From positions 344,348,001 to 344,412,000 of the forward strand of contig OZ024743.1 in assembly GCA_964016885.1 (NCBI GenBank): a DNA stretch of 64,000 nucleotides, written 5' to 3'. This document shows positions 28,501 through 41,074 of this stretch, one piece after another. The notes beneath the pieces were generated by a model. It had not been told where the DNA came from. It saw only the letters and a list, made by a program, of their open reading frames with translations, and searched no databases. Within the stretch, counting starts at the first letter, position 1. Each line of letters begins with the position of its first letter. Origin of the DNA: Eledone cirrhosa. Taxonomy: Eukaryota. A program made the position numbers and the translations under genes.

Positions 28501-29180
28501 TCTTGTCCTGGCCCGTCAGCATTCATCTCCTCAGTGGCCGTATCTCTGTTCCAGGTATTATTTATCTCAGTATTCAGATGATTGTCTGCTTCGGGTGGTT
28601 CCTCCGTTCTCTCGACCTCTTCACCTTCATTTCCCACTGGCTCGTTTGCCTGGCATACTCCACCCTCCATCTCCAAGCTAATCTCTCTGCTCAGTTCCTC
28701 CAGTTCCAGCTCGCTTATCCACCCATTAGTTCTTATTACCCGAGCCTACCCGGCCAATTTTTGTTCATCTAATTTAAATAGACCAATCTCGTTCCAGATG
28801 TTATGCATCCGTTTCCTATAGCCCCTCTCCTTGGGGTTACTTTTCAGGTAACATTGCATAACAGTTCTATTCAATTTTTTCGTCCAGTTGGTTCTGGTCC
28901 CTTTCCTTCTTCTTCTTCCTCCGACACCAGCAGTATTTGGTTGACAGCCAGGTCCCTGCTGCTGAGCCAGGGAGCACCTGTTGGGCGAGAGTCTGTCACA
29001 TGACGTTCTAGTCTCCATTTCACCGTTATTCGAACTGTTTAGGTTCGATATTTAAACACTCTTATCGAGGATTGGCGAATGTATGGTTACATAACCATCT
29101 GTGGATTCACCGTCTCCGGTGGTTGCGTGGCTCCACTTGGCTCTTGTGTGGCATTATCACCACGCTGTAGACGAACACAA
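25557..29180 (-). mobile_element. Near full-length R4/Dong-like RLE non-LTR retrotransposon (copy 1), disrupted
   Basis: One long ORF broken into 28746-29018, 27951-28676, 26944-28017, 26810-27067 and 25620-26813. The 3' end abuts (TTA)n; the 5' boundary is approximate. Confidence 0.9.
25620..29018 (-). pseudogene. RT plus restriction-like endonuclease polyprotein with one in-frame stop (28746-28748) and three frameshifts
   Basis: KSPGPDG, YRPITCL, DYRKAFDMV, GIFQGDSLSP, FMDDLKL, CRICGEREETVAHIVSEC, RHD, RPDLVVVD...DVACP...EKINRY (PD-(D/E)xK type). Confidence 0.9.
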
Positions 29181-29781
29181 ATAAACAAACAAACAAACAG
29201 GCAGAAAAAACCCAAAAAATGAATAAGCATAAGTTTCATTGTAATGTAGTGTTCGAATGTCTGACTTAGTTTTTCCCTTCTCTTCTCTGTCCGTCCGCTT
29301 GTTTCTCTCTTCATTCTTATTTTGTTTACGTTTTTTTGTTTTTGTTTTTCTCTGTTTGTTTTTTTTTGTTGTTGTTGTTGTGCTGCTTTAGTTTTGATTT
29401 TTGTTTTTTCTTTTGAGTCTATCTATATATTTTGATGCCTTCCTCTTTTTTAGTAGGAATTCTATAATGTGGTGGCAGTGCTGTGCTAGCAGCAACTAGC
29501 AGGAAGCAATGGGAGAGAATAGCGGCGGTAGCGATACTGAGGCAGTGGTGGTTGTGTTGTGATCGTATTACTGTAGTGATGGTGTTGTAGCGGTGGTAGC
29601 AATGAAGGAGTGGTGGCGGCGGTGATGGGATAGTGGTAGTAACGATGGATGGGCGGCGGCGGCGGTGACTGTAGTGATGGCGTTGTCGTTACTGATGTCC
29701 GTTCGGTGAATCTATGGGGTTAGTCGCGTACATGTGTTGACATAAATTTCCTTAATGTTGGAATTTTATTATTATTATTAC

Positions 29782-29810
<29 letters not shown>

Positions 29811-29813
<3 letters not shown>

Positions 29814-31400
29814 TATGAGTCTCAGTCACCGATGTTATTTAACTGGAAAGTTTGTTGAAATGAATATCAAGCCGCTACCTGCAGCCTCAGATATTCAGGA
29901 CGTATCGGAGGGTTCTTGCTGTTCCCAGCAAGCATGCCTTTTGAAGTGTTCCAAAAAGCGGGGTTGGACTAATCTTCTTTAACCATCCTTGGAAATCCTT
30001 TGAGATAGTACCTAGTGCGCCTATGACAATCGGAACGACCTTGATTTAATGGCAGTTCCAAATCCTTTTTAACTACATTTACAATCAAGTACGATCTTTT
30101 TTCCTTGTTTAAAACTACCAGGTCAGGCCTATTCTGTTCTAATTTCTTATCCGTCTGTATCCTAAAATCCCATAGCACCTTCACCTGATCGTTTTCTATC
30201 ACTGACTCTGGCTTATGCTCATACCACTTCTCAGAATGTGGTAAATTGTTTACTTTGCATAGGTGCCAGTGGATCACCCTGCCTAGCACATCATGTATCC
30301 AGCCTTTATAGTGATTCTGGGCTAGGTGTTTACACTCGGATACAATGTGATCCACAGTCTCCTCTCTCTCTCCACAGAGCCTACACAGTGGGCTAGCCTC
30401 CTCCTTGTAAATATGGTGTTTCACCCACTTCGTTCCGAGCGCCTGCTCTTGCGCAGCCATTAGCATTCCTTCTGTAGCCTTTTTAAGGTCTCCTCTTTTT
30501 AATCAATTCCATGTCTGTGGATCTCTAAATTCAGTTTTCTTAAAGAAGGTACTATGAAGGGATTTTTCATGAAGGTTGCTCTTCCCCTTTGTTGTCATTT
30601 CCTCCTTGGACATCCCCTGGTCTATTGTCTTCTCCTTCAGTACAATTTTGAGCATTGGCTCCCTACTATCAGTCACGTATTTGTGCAGGTTGTTTTTCTC
30701 CATCTGAACACAGTCCTCTATGCTGATAAGACCTCTTCCACCTTCAGATCTCTTTAAGTAGAGTTTATCAACATCACTCCACTTGTGGAACATGTTGTAG
30801 ATAGTCATTAGCTTCCTAGTCTTCCTATTCATTTCTTTTTGTTCAGCAACATTCCATCTCAGAATTCCCGCACTGTACCTAATAATAGACACAGCTCGGG
30901 AATTTACTGCACTTATGGCATTCCTATTATTTAGATGTGATTTTAATACGCTCCTTACTCTCCTTATGTACTCAAATCTTATCAATTCTTTCATTTTTTT
31001 TGTTCTTGATGTCATCTGCCTCCAGAACACCTAAACATTTGTATCCTTCTTCAGTGTCAATTTCCTTTATCATCTCACCTCTTGGTACCTGGATTCTGTT
31101 GCTTCTGCTCAATCTACCCCTCTTCATCACTAGGACTCCCCACTTATTAATACCAAATTCCATACATATATCATTGCTGAAAATACGGACAGTGTCAACA
31201 AGCACATCCAACTCCTTCTCACTCTTTCCAAAGAGTTTAAGATCGTCTATGAAGAAGATGTGGTTGATGGTAAGCTCTCCTTTTCCCAACTTGTATCCTG
31301 CTCTCACTTTTCGCAATATAACGGCCAGGGGTATCAGGGAAAGGACAAACATCAGAGGGGACAAACTATCTTCCTGGAAGATACCTCCCTTGATCTTCAC
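29811..31400 (-). mobile_element. 5'-truncated R4/Dong-like LINE (copy 2) with an internal deletion in the RLE region
   Basis: Homologous to copy 1 (ORF fragments 30972-31400, 30503-31030, 29969-30466); (TTA)n on both sides. Confidence 0.9.
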
Positions 31401-31847
31401 TATTATTATTATTATTTTTATTTTCTTTCATTATTGTTTCTGAGATATATGGCGAGTGTCTTCCTGACACCTAGGGCAAATAAATTCAGTGTGCATTGCT
31501 AAGTCAGTTAATACAGCACATTGATTATAATAAATGAAAAAAAAAAAAAAAATAAATAAAACAGAATACATATATACACATGTGCATATGCATATGTAAA
31601 TACAAGGAGGGATATCAATGTTACAGAGATAGTGCTCTTCTCTTCGGATTGGCAGTGTCGGTAGAAGGTCGGACGCCATGCTTTGACGCATAGAGTTACG
31701 GCCCTTGCCATTCTGTGTTCAAATCCCGCCGAGGTTCACTTTGCCTTTCATCCTTACGGGGTCGATAAAATAAAGTACCAGTAATGTACTGAGATAATTA
31801 CTGGCCTTGTGCCAAAAGTAGAAACAATTATTATTATTATTATTATT

Positions 31848-33529
31848 GTTCTTTGAGTCTCAGTCATTGATGTTATTTAACTGAAAAGTTTGTTGAAATA
31901 TCAAGCCACTACCTGCAGCCTCAGATATTCAGGACGTATCGGAGGGTTCTTGCTGTTCCCAGCAAGCATGCCTTTTGAAGTGTTCCAAAAAGCGGGACGG
32001 GACCTATTTTCTTTAACCATCCCTGGAAACTCTTTGAGATAGTACCTAGTGCGCCTATGACAATCGGAACCACTTTGACCTCATGGCAGTTCCAAATCCT
32101 TTTTACTTCCCACTTTAAGTCCTGCTATCGGTTAATTTTATCCCTCTCCTTCTCTTGCACTATCGTGTCGAATGGGCAGGCTACATCCACAATCAGGCAC
32201 GATCTTTTTCCCTTGTCCAAAACCACCTGGTCAGGTCTATTGTGTTCCAGTTTCTTGTCCGTCTGTATCCTAAAATCCCACAGCACCTTCACCTGATCGT
32301 TTTCCATCACCGACTCTGGCTTATGCTCATACCACTTCTTAGAATGTGGTAAATTGTTTACTTTGCATCGGTGCCAGTGGATCACCCTGCCCATCACATC
32401 ATGTCTCCAGCCTTTATAGTGAGTCTGGGCTAGGTGTTTACACTCGGATACAATGTGAGCCACAGTCGCTTCTCTCTCTCCACAGATCCTACACAGTGGG
32501 CTAGCTTCATCCTTGTAAATATGGTGTTTCACCCACTTCGTTCCGAGGGCCTGCTCTTGCGCAGCCATTAGCATTCCTTCTGTAGCCTTTTTAAGGTCTC
32601 CTCTTTTCAACCAGTTCCATGTCTGTGGATCTCTAAATTCAGTTTTCTCAAAGAATGTACTATGAAGGGATTTTTCATGAAGGTTTCTCTTTCTCCTTGT
32701 TGTTATTCCTCCTTGGAGAACCCCTGGTCTATTGACCTCTCCTTCAGTACAAATCTGAGCATTGGCTCCCTACTATCAGTCACGTATTTGAGCAGGTTGT
32801 TTTTCTCCATCTTAATACAGTCCTCTATGCTGATAAGACCTCTTCCACCTTCATGTCTCTTTAAGTAGAGTCTATCGACATCACTCCTCTTGTGGAACAT
32901 GTTGTAGATAGTCAATAGCTTCCTAGTCTTCATATCCATTTCTTTTTGTTCAGCAACATTCCATCTCAGAATTCCCGCACTGTACCTAATAATAGACACA
33001 GCTCGGGAATTTACTGCACTTATGGCATTCTTACTGTTCAGATGTGATTTTAATACGCTCCTTACTCTCCGAATGTATTCAGATCTTATCAATTCCTTCA
33101 TTTTTTTTGTTTTTGATGTCATCAGCTTCCAGAACACCTAAATATTTATATCCTTCTTCAGTATCAATTTCCTTTATCATCTCACCTGTTGGTACCTGGA
33201 TTCCGTTGCTTCTGCTCAATTTACCCCTCTTCATCACAAGGACTCCACACTTACTAATACCAAATTGCATACATATATCATTGCTGAAAATACGGACAGT
33301 GTCAACAAGCACATCCAACTCCCTCTCACTCTTCCCGAACAGCTTAAGATCGTCCACGAAGAGGAGGTGATTGATGGTAAGCTCTTACTTTCCCAATTTG
33401 TATCCTGCTCTCACTTTTCGCAGTATAATGGTCAGGGGGATCAGGGCTAGGACAAACAACAGAGGGGACAAACTATCTCCCTGGAAGATACCTCTCTTGA
33501 TCCTCACGCCTCCCAAGGACTCTCCGCCC

Positions 33530-33530
<1 letters not shown>
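31848..33530 (-). mobile_element. 5'-truncated R4/Dong-like LINE (copy 3)
   Basis: Homologous to copies 1 and 2 (fragments 33079-33357, 32703-33137, 32125-32610); (TTA)n on both sides, the left tract being the tail of a SINE. Confidence 0.9.
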
Positions 33531-33590
<60 letters not shown>

Positions 33591-34479
33591 CATTACTGGT
33601 TTGGCAGTATCGGTAGAGCGTCAGACACCTTGATTTGTATCATAGAGTAATAATGGCCCTTTACGTTCTGTGTTCAAATCCCGCCGAGGTTAATTTTGCC
33701 TTTCATCCTTACAGGATCAAAATAAAGTACTAGTAATACACTGGGGTTGAATTAATCGACTTTCCCCTCCTCCAAAATTGCTGGCCTTGTGCCTATATTA
33801 GAAATCATCATTATTATTTAGATAGGGCGGTGGATTGGCAGTATCGGTAAGGGTCGGACGCCATGCTTTGAAGCATAGAGTTACCTCCCTTTATGATCTG
33901 AGTTCAAATCCCGCCGAGGTTAACTTTGCCTTTCATCCTTACGGGGTCGATAAAATAAAGTACCAGTAATACACTGGTGAAATTCTGGCCTTGTGCCAAA
34001 AGTAGAAACAATTATTATTTAGAGCATCAGACATCATGCTTTGCAACATCGAGTTATGACCCTTTAAGTTCTGAGTTCAAATCCCGCCGAGGTTAGCTTT
34101 GCCTTTCATCCTTAAGGGGTCGATAAAATAAAGTACCAGTAATGCACTGAGGTAATTGCTGGCCTTGTGCCAATAGTAGAAACAGTTATTATTTTTAACA
34201 TCATCATCATCATCATAATTATTGTTATTACTCGTTAGTGTTGTTATGTTAATTATATTTATATTATATGTTATTGTTGTTGCGTTTATTTCTTTTCCAT
34301 TGCTGTTTGTTTGTTGTTGTTGTTGTTGTTGTTGCTCTCGTTGTTGTGTTAATCAATTCCCACTAATTACTGTAGCTCAGTTGTTGATTAACAAATGTCA
34401 TATTTTAAGTGATTGATAACGAACCAAACTTATTGTTTGTGACAGAATTTCTCTGGTGTTCAAGTGTGGAGGAAATATG

Positions 34480-36090
34480 GCGGCTGGTGAGGGAGGTATT
34501 GGTGTTGATAGTAATGGTGGCGTTGGCAATAATGGTGGAAATGATGGCTAAGGTAGTATGGGTGGTGCTGGCGCTGGTGGTAGTTGTGTTGGTGGAAGTT
34601 ATATTGGTGATGATGGTGGTGATAGTGATGTTGGTAATCATGGTGATGCTGATAGTGATGGTGGTAGTGATGATAGCAATGGAGTGGTAGCGATGGTAGT
34701 GATAGTTGTGGTGGTAGTGATGGTTGTAGTGATGGTGATGATGGTGCTGATAGTGATGGTGGTGGTGATAGTGATGGTAGTGATGGTGGTGGTAGTAGTG
34801 GTGTTGGTTGTGATGGTTGTAGTGAGGGTAGTGATGGTTGTGGGGTGATAGTGATGGTGGTGCTGGTTGTGGTGGTGGTAATTGTGGTGGTAGTGATGGT
34901 AGCATTGGAGTGGTGGTAGTAGTGGTGATGGTAGTGATGGTGGTGGTGATAGTGATCGTAGTGATGGTGGTGGTGATAGTGATGTTGGTAGTAATGGTGG
35001 TAGTGATGATAGAGGTAGTGGCGGTTGTGATGATAGTATTAGAGTGGTGGTAGTAGTGGTGGTGGTAGTGATGGTAACATTGGAGTGGTGCCGATGGTAG
35101 TGATGGTTGTGGTATTAGTGATGGTAGCATTGGAGTGGTGGTGATGGCAGTGATGGTGGTGGTGTTAGTGATGGTGGTAATGATGGTGGTACTGATAGTG
35201 GTCGTGGTAGTGATGGTAGCATTGGAGTGGTGGCTACGGTAGTGATGGTTGTGGTGATAGTGTTGGTGGTAGTGATGGTGGTGGTGGTAGTGATGGTAGC
35301 ATTGGAGTGGTGGCTACGGTAGTGATGGTTGTGGTGATAGTGTTGGTGGTAGTGATGGTGGTGGTGGTCGTGATGGTAGCATTGGAGTGGTGGTAGTACT
35401 GGCGATGGTAGTGATGGTTGTGGTGGTAGTGATGGTGGTAGTGATGGTCGTGGTGGTGTTGGTGGTGGTGGTAGTGATGGTAGCATTGGAGTGGTGGTAG
35501 TAGAGGTGATGGTAGTGATGGTGGTGGTGATAGTGATGGTGGTAATGATGGTGGTGTTGGTAGTAGTGGTGATGGTAGTGATGGTTTTAGTGATAGTGTT
35601 GGCGGTAGTGATGCTGGTAGTGATAATAGAGCTAGTGGTGGTTGTAGTGATGGTAGCATTGGAGTTGTGGTAGTAGTAGTAGTGATGGTAGTTTAGGTTG
35701 TAGTGATAGTGATGGTGGTGCTGGTAGTGGTGGTGGTGGTGCTGGTGGTATTGGTAGCGGAGGTTGCTGTGAGGGTGGTGTTAGTAGTGGTGGTAATTGT
35801 GGTGGTGGTAGGGATGTTGGTGATGACGGTGGTAATGTGTTAATGATGGTTGTGGTGGCGATAGTATTGTTTATGACGATAGTAGTGGTGGTGTGGGTGA
35901 CTGTGGTGGTTGTACCGACGGCTTGTTGATAGTTGGTAGTTATAATGGTGGTAATGATATTTGTGATGACGGTAGTAATAGTGGTTATAGTGACTGAGGT
36001 GTTGGTGGTAGTGGTAGTGGTGTTGGTGTTGAAGGTGGTAGTGATGGTTATGTTGGTAGTATTGGTGGTGTTGTTGGTAGTGATGCTGGA
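34480..36090. repeat. (GTG/GAT)-rich degenerate repeat with recurring GTAGCATTGGAGTGGTGG
   Basis: Direct reading. Confidence 0.9.
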
Positions 36091-36367
36091 AAATGATATG
36101 AAAACTCAGAACATATGGACGATAACAACATTGGTTGCTGTTTGATGTTTTCTTATATATATCTGGCTGCTATTGCTTGCAGTTTGAGCAACTTAGACAG
36201 AGCACCCTCACATGTTGCCTTGCGAGATTCTATTGAACTTGCATGGGTTCAAACACTACAGTTAAACTTTACTGGAGAAATGTTCCTGTTCTATCTCGTA
36301 TAGTTGTTATTGTGGTTACTATGTATAACACCTGTAGTTAATCTCTAAGATGTGCTTTCATAGATTA

Positions 36368-36532
36368 CCGTATTTCCTGGTGTCGAAGACGCTACTTTTT
36401 CCCTAAAATACAAATATCTACCATGCGTCCTGGAGGCCGAAGGTTGTTTATTATTTTTTTGTTCAAATTTTTGGTTGTCAAAATTTGGGTGCGTCCTCGA
36501 AGAAGAAGCGTCTTCGGCCCCGGGAGACACGG
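36368..36532. mobile_element. Tc2/pogo-like MITE
   Basis: TA-CCGTATTTCCTGGTGTCGAAGACGCT...AGCGTCTTCGGCCCCGGGAGACACGG: 26-bp imperfect TIRs. Confidence 0.7.
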
Positions 36533-36567
36533 TGTATATATTCAATAGCGATAAATAATTAAACAGT

Positions 36568-36602
<35 letters not shown>

Positions 36603-37753
36603 TTTTTGCTTTTATCCTTCTATGTTGTTTATTTGTCCCCCTCGCTTTACGCGAATTACTGGTCCCAATAACTTTCTTTAGTTATTGCTCGCACCAACCT
36701 GAGGTATCTGATTTTTAATGCGATGAAATACCAATGATGGTTGGAAAATCACTGACGAAGGACTATTTTTATCATATGTAACCCATGTGCAACCATACAG
36801 TATTCTTCTTTCTTCTCACGTTTTTTATATTATTTACCTCGACTGCGTTTGTCTGTTTCTCTCTTACTGCTTCACCGCTCTCTCTGTTTCTCTTACAAAC
36901 GAACAAAGCGAACATTATAATAAATGTTCGGTAAACTGATACGTGCATATATATATGTGTGCCTGTATGTATATATATGTATATATATATATATACATAC
37001 TACTGTACGTCTGTATACATATATGTATGTACGTATACATACATACTTACATTTAAGTAAGTGCCGTACTAAGAGTGAGAAATGAAATTTCGTTTCATTC
37101 TATTCTATTAAAATATAAATATTAATAAAATAGATGTTCTTTTGATCAATTACATTTTATTATACATATTTCGGATGTACAACAGTACGTCCTCATCAGA
37201 CAAAATATAATGATACATGACATACCCTGAGATGTTAAATGTTTAAGATTTAATCAAGGTAGTGATTAACCTAAGAGAAAATTTAACATATATACCCTAA
37301 TTATTAGAAAATGCGAAAACGTAATAAATTCAATAGAGAATGTGTGAGTAAGAAAAACGTTGCTTAATGTAACAGTTATAGAGATTTTAAAATGTATGAT
37401 ACTACGATTTATCTAGGAAAACATCTCATGGATCATAACAGCCAGTGATAGCCCCTCGAAAAGGATTTATAGAGAGGGAAAGATAAGGGGGGCGGGGGTG
37501 ATATATGCAGAAGGAGATTTTTCCCGAAAGTTAAACGGTTAATTTTGAAAATATTTAATTTATAATTTTAGGGTGAAGAATCAAGATTTCGGGATTTTTG
37601 CTGGTTATTTATATATTAGTTTTATAAATTCTATAAGTGTGTTAACATTTCTAAGCTTCTGAGTTTTATGAGGGTAACATTTAAAGGATTTAGCTGGCAC
37701 ATCAAGAATGAAATTTATACTGTTGATTATTTTCCTAAATTTAAACTTTAACA

Positions 37754-38185
37754 AAGATACCAACATATTAGGTATGTAAAGCTTTTGAAGTACTTATTGT
37801 TAGAAATATTTAAATAACGATTATGTATATAGATATATAATAATGAGCCAGTTTATTTTAGGTAAATAATAACGACGAAGATAAAAATAAAATAAAATAA
37901 TAGATTGAGGCATGTTAAGGTTAAATATACACCTATATATAACTGGGTATAAATGCATTAATTATTCTTTAACGAAGATACCAACATATTAGGTATGTAA
38001 AGCTTCTGAAGTATTTATTGTTAGAAATATTTAAATAACGATTATGTATATTGATATATATATTAATGAGCCAGTATATTTTAGGTAAATAATAACGAAA
38101 ATAAAAATAAAATAATAGATTGAGGCATGTTAAGGTTAAATATACACCTATATATAACAGGGTGTAAATGCGTTAATTATTCTTA
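37754..38185. repeat. Tandem duplication of about 220 bp inside the PLE-like spacer
   Basis: AAGATACCAACATATTAGGTATGTAAAGC...TAATTATTCTT occurs twice, followed by a weaker third copy. Confidence 0.85.
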
Positions 38186-38353
38186 GTTCAGAGTATACAT
38201 AATCAAGAAATTTAGAAGTTAACTAAAAATTATGTATAGGAAGATATAGGGAGGTATATATAGATATATATTAGCTATTAGTGGTGCAGTATACTTTAGG
38301 TAAATGATAACGGTTATAATTTTATAAATTAGAGTTCAAAGTGTTACATTTAA

Positions 38354-38440
<87 letters not shown>

Positions 38441-39702
38441 AAAAAGTGCAAGGAGAATTCAGAGTTCAAAATAATGTCTATAATAATTTTTAGTTTGGAT
38501 ATATTCTCTATATTTGAATCATGTATATAGAAATGTGGTAGGTATATTTAAAAATATATAAGATATAATATATAATTACATACATATTATAATACATTAT
38601 ATTATAAATAAGGGATCAAAAACGCACCAAAAATTCACATTTATATATAAGTTTGAATCTGTTTTAAATTTTAGATTTTAAAGTGCAGTAGGTATATTTA
38701 AAAATATATAAATATACTATATTATATTATACTATAAATAAGAGATCAAAAACTCATTAAAAATTCACAGTTATAGATAAGTTCCGTAAAGATGTATGGG
38801 TTGGGTATTAAACTAAATTTTAAAACATAGATAGGAAGATAGATAGAGAAATAAAGAAATAAAGAAATAATGGTATTGATCAAAGTTAATAAAATAATGT
38901 TATGTGTATCAGTGTTCCGGCATGTTATTGAACAAGTGTCTTTCATTCGAGCGTTATTTCTTCTATAGTTAGCTATAACATAAAGCAATGTTAAAGGCCA
39001 TTAATGTTTTTCCCTGCTGATTATATATTCCTGGTAACCAAGTTATTAATGGTTTAATGTTATTCTCTCTTTTTTTTTTCTCGTTTTATGGGAGGCTAAA
39101 AAAGGGGACGTAGCTTTATGAAGGCAACTAGAGAATAATTCACTTTTTTTGCTAATTAGGGTCTCATAGTTATTAATAATCAACAGGGTCTCCATTGTAC
39201 AGAGCGGGCAGTTATTTGATATACTAGAGTTGCGGTAAATGCCACAGTTCCGAAGTTAGAAATGTTAACACACTTATAGAATTTATAAAACTAATATATA
39301 AATAACCAGCAAAAAATCCCGAAATCTTGATTCTTCACCCTAAAATTATAAATTAAATATTTTCAAAATTAACCGTTTAACTTCCGGGAAAAATCTCCTT
39401 CTGCATATATCCCCCCCCCCTTTATCTTTCCCTCTCTATAAATCCTTTTCGAGGGGCTATCACTGGCTGTTATGATTCATGAGATGTTTTCCTAGATAAA
39501 TCGTAGTATCATACATTTTAAAATCTCTATAACTGTTACATTAAGCAACGTTTTTCTTACTCAAACATTCTCTATTGAATTTATTACGTTTTCGCATTTT
39601 CTCATTATTAGGGTATATATGTTAAATTTTCTCTTAGGTTAATCACTACCTTGATTAAATCTTAACCATTTAACATCTCAGGGTATGTCATGTATCATTA
39701 TA

Positions 39703-39753
39703 TTTTGTCTGATGAGGACGTACTGTTGTACATCCGAAATATGTATAATAAAA
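39703..39753 (+). ncRNA. Type I hammerhead ribozyme in pLTR (mirror copy at 37155-37205, minus)
   Basis: TTTTGT-CTGATGA-GGACGTAC TGTT GTACATCC-GAAA-TATGTA-TA-ATAAAA; all three helices can pair. Confidence 0.82.
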
Positions 39754-39975
39754 GAACATCTATTTTATTAATATTTATATTTTAATATTAATAACCCCGG
39801 AAAATAAATTTTTCCCGTAGAGTGCTTCCAATCTACTGTAAAACTCATTCTTTGACATACTCATCGAATATTGTTTAACACTTTAATATATATATATATA
39901 TATAAATATATAACAAAGGTGTGGTAAGGTACCAGGTGGATCATAACACACCAGAGTACTCGATACTTATATACT

Positions 39976-40093
<118 letters not shown>

Positions 40094-40323
40094 TTTAACA
40101 ACGTTGATTATGAATATCAACAAGTTCGAAGGGAATTACCTCAATACAGTGTCTCATATAATTAACAGTTTTAAAATGCTCCGATCAATACCTTCTAGAG
40201 GTACTTAAAATCTATACACATGCGTTGTTTTTAGTGAAGAGTAGAAAAAGTACTCAATAAAGTGTACAATTATATATATTCTGTTGATACTGTCTGCCAT
40301 TGATGTAAGGACTGGCTGCATTA

Positions 40324-40371
<48 letters not shown>

Positions 40372-40374
<3 letters not shown>

Positions 40375-41033
40375 TTTGCAAAGTGAAACTGTACAGTAAG
40401 GGCTATCTGAATAGGTAAATATTTATATTATATTTTTTAATTTTGATTAATTTTAATTGTAAATTAATTTTGATTTATTTTGAAAAATTGGTTAAATTTT
40501 GCTTGTTCTGCTTATCTTGATATTATGTTCTGGTATATCAAATTATTACCATAGAACCACCTTGAATCATAGACAACCTATGTATTTCTGGGGGTACCTA
40601 GTACCCTTAGACATATTAACTTTATTCATATACTCCGTTATGTAGAGAACAAATCTGTCGTTCTATCTAGCTGCTATTTTTTTAGTGGCGACTATAGACA
40701 ATAAGTCTACGATTTCCCGCCTTCACTTAACACCAGCGAACATACGGGTCAATTTTACGACCTTTAGACTCGTGTCAGTTGGGGACGAGGTCATATATTT
40801 TATCGTTCCTGAGGTTTTTAACCCTAGGAAAGGAAAATGCTTCTCTGATGATCTTTGTTTTTCCATTAATATCCATGTGATATCTAATGTTTTGCAAAGT
40901 GAAACTGTACAGTAAGGGCTATCTGAATAGGTAAATATGTATATTATATTTTTTAATTTTGATTAATTTTAATTGTAAATTAATTTTGATTTATTTTGAA
41001 AAATTGGTTAAATTTTGCTTGTTCTGCTTATCT

Positions 41034-41039
<6 letters not shown>
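40372..41039 (+). mobile_element. Retrozyme/pLTR-like element with about 150-bp direct terminal repeats (1.3 units of a 516-bp monomer), between (TA)n tracts
   Basis: 40372-40523 is nearly identical to 40888-41039. The first repeat starts inside helix II of the hammerhead, and (TA)n lies on both sides. Confidence 0.75.
40841..40918 (+). ncRNA. Type I hammerhead ribozyme motif in a 516-bp terminally redundant unit
   Basis: TTCT-CTGATGA-TCTTTG...CAAAGT-GAAA-CTGTACAG-TA-AGGG. Core boxes, helix II CTTTG/CAAAG, palindromic helix III CTGTACAG, GUA triplet. Helix I is short and has G-U pairs. Confidence 0.72.

Positions 41040-41074
<35 letters not shown>

Larger units (their letters stand above)
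37106..39787 (-). mobile_element. 5'-truncated Penelope-like element remnant with inverted pseudo-LTRs
   Basis: About 550-bp inverted repeats (37106-37659 and 39252-39787), each with a hammerhead. Minus strand 39240-39109 reads IYRNSSISNNCPLCTMETLLIINNYETLISKKSELFSSCLHK, resembling the C-x-LC-xx-E...LN-K-R-x-E...C-R-H tail of PLE GIY-YIG endonucleases. Confidence 0.72.

Noticed and set aside
29019-29180. HDV-like ribozyme in the Dong-like 5' UTR
   Set aside because: Known from some RLE LINEs, but I could not fit the nested pseudoknot by eye.
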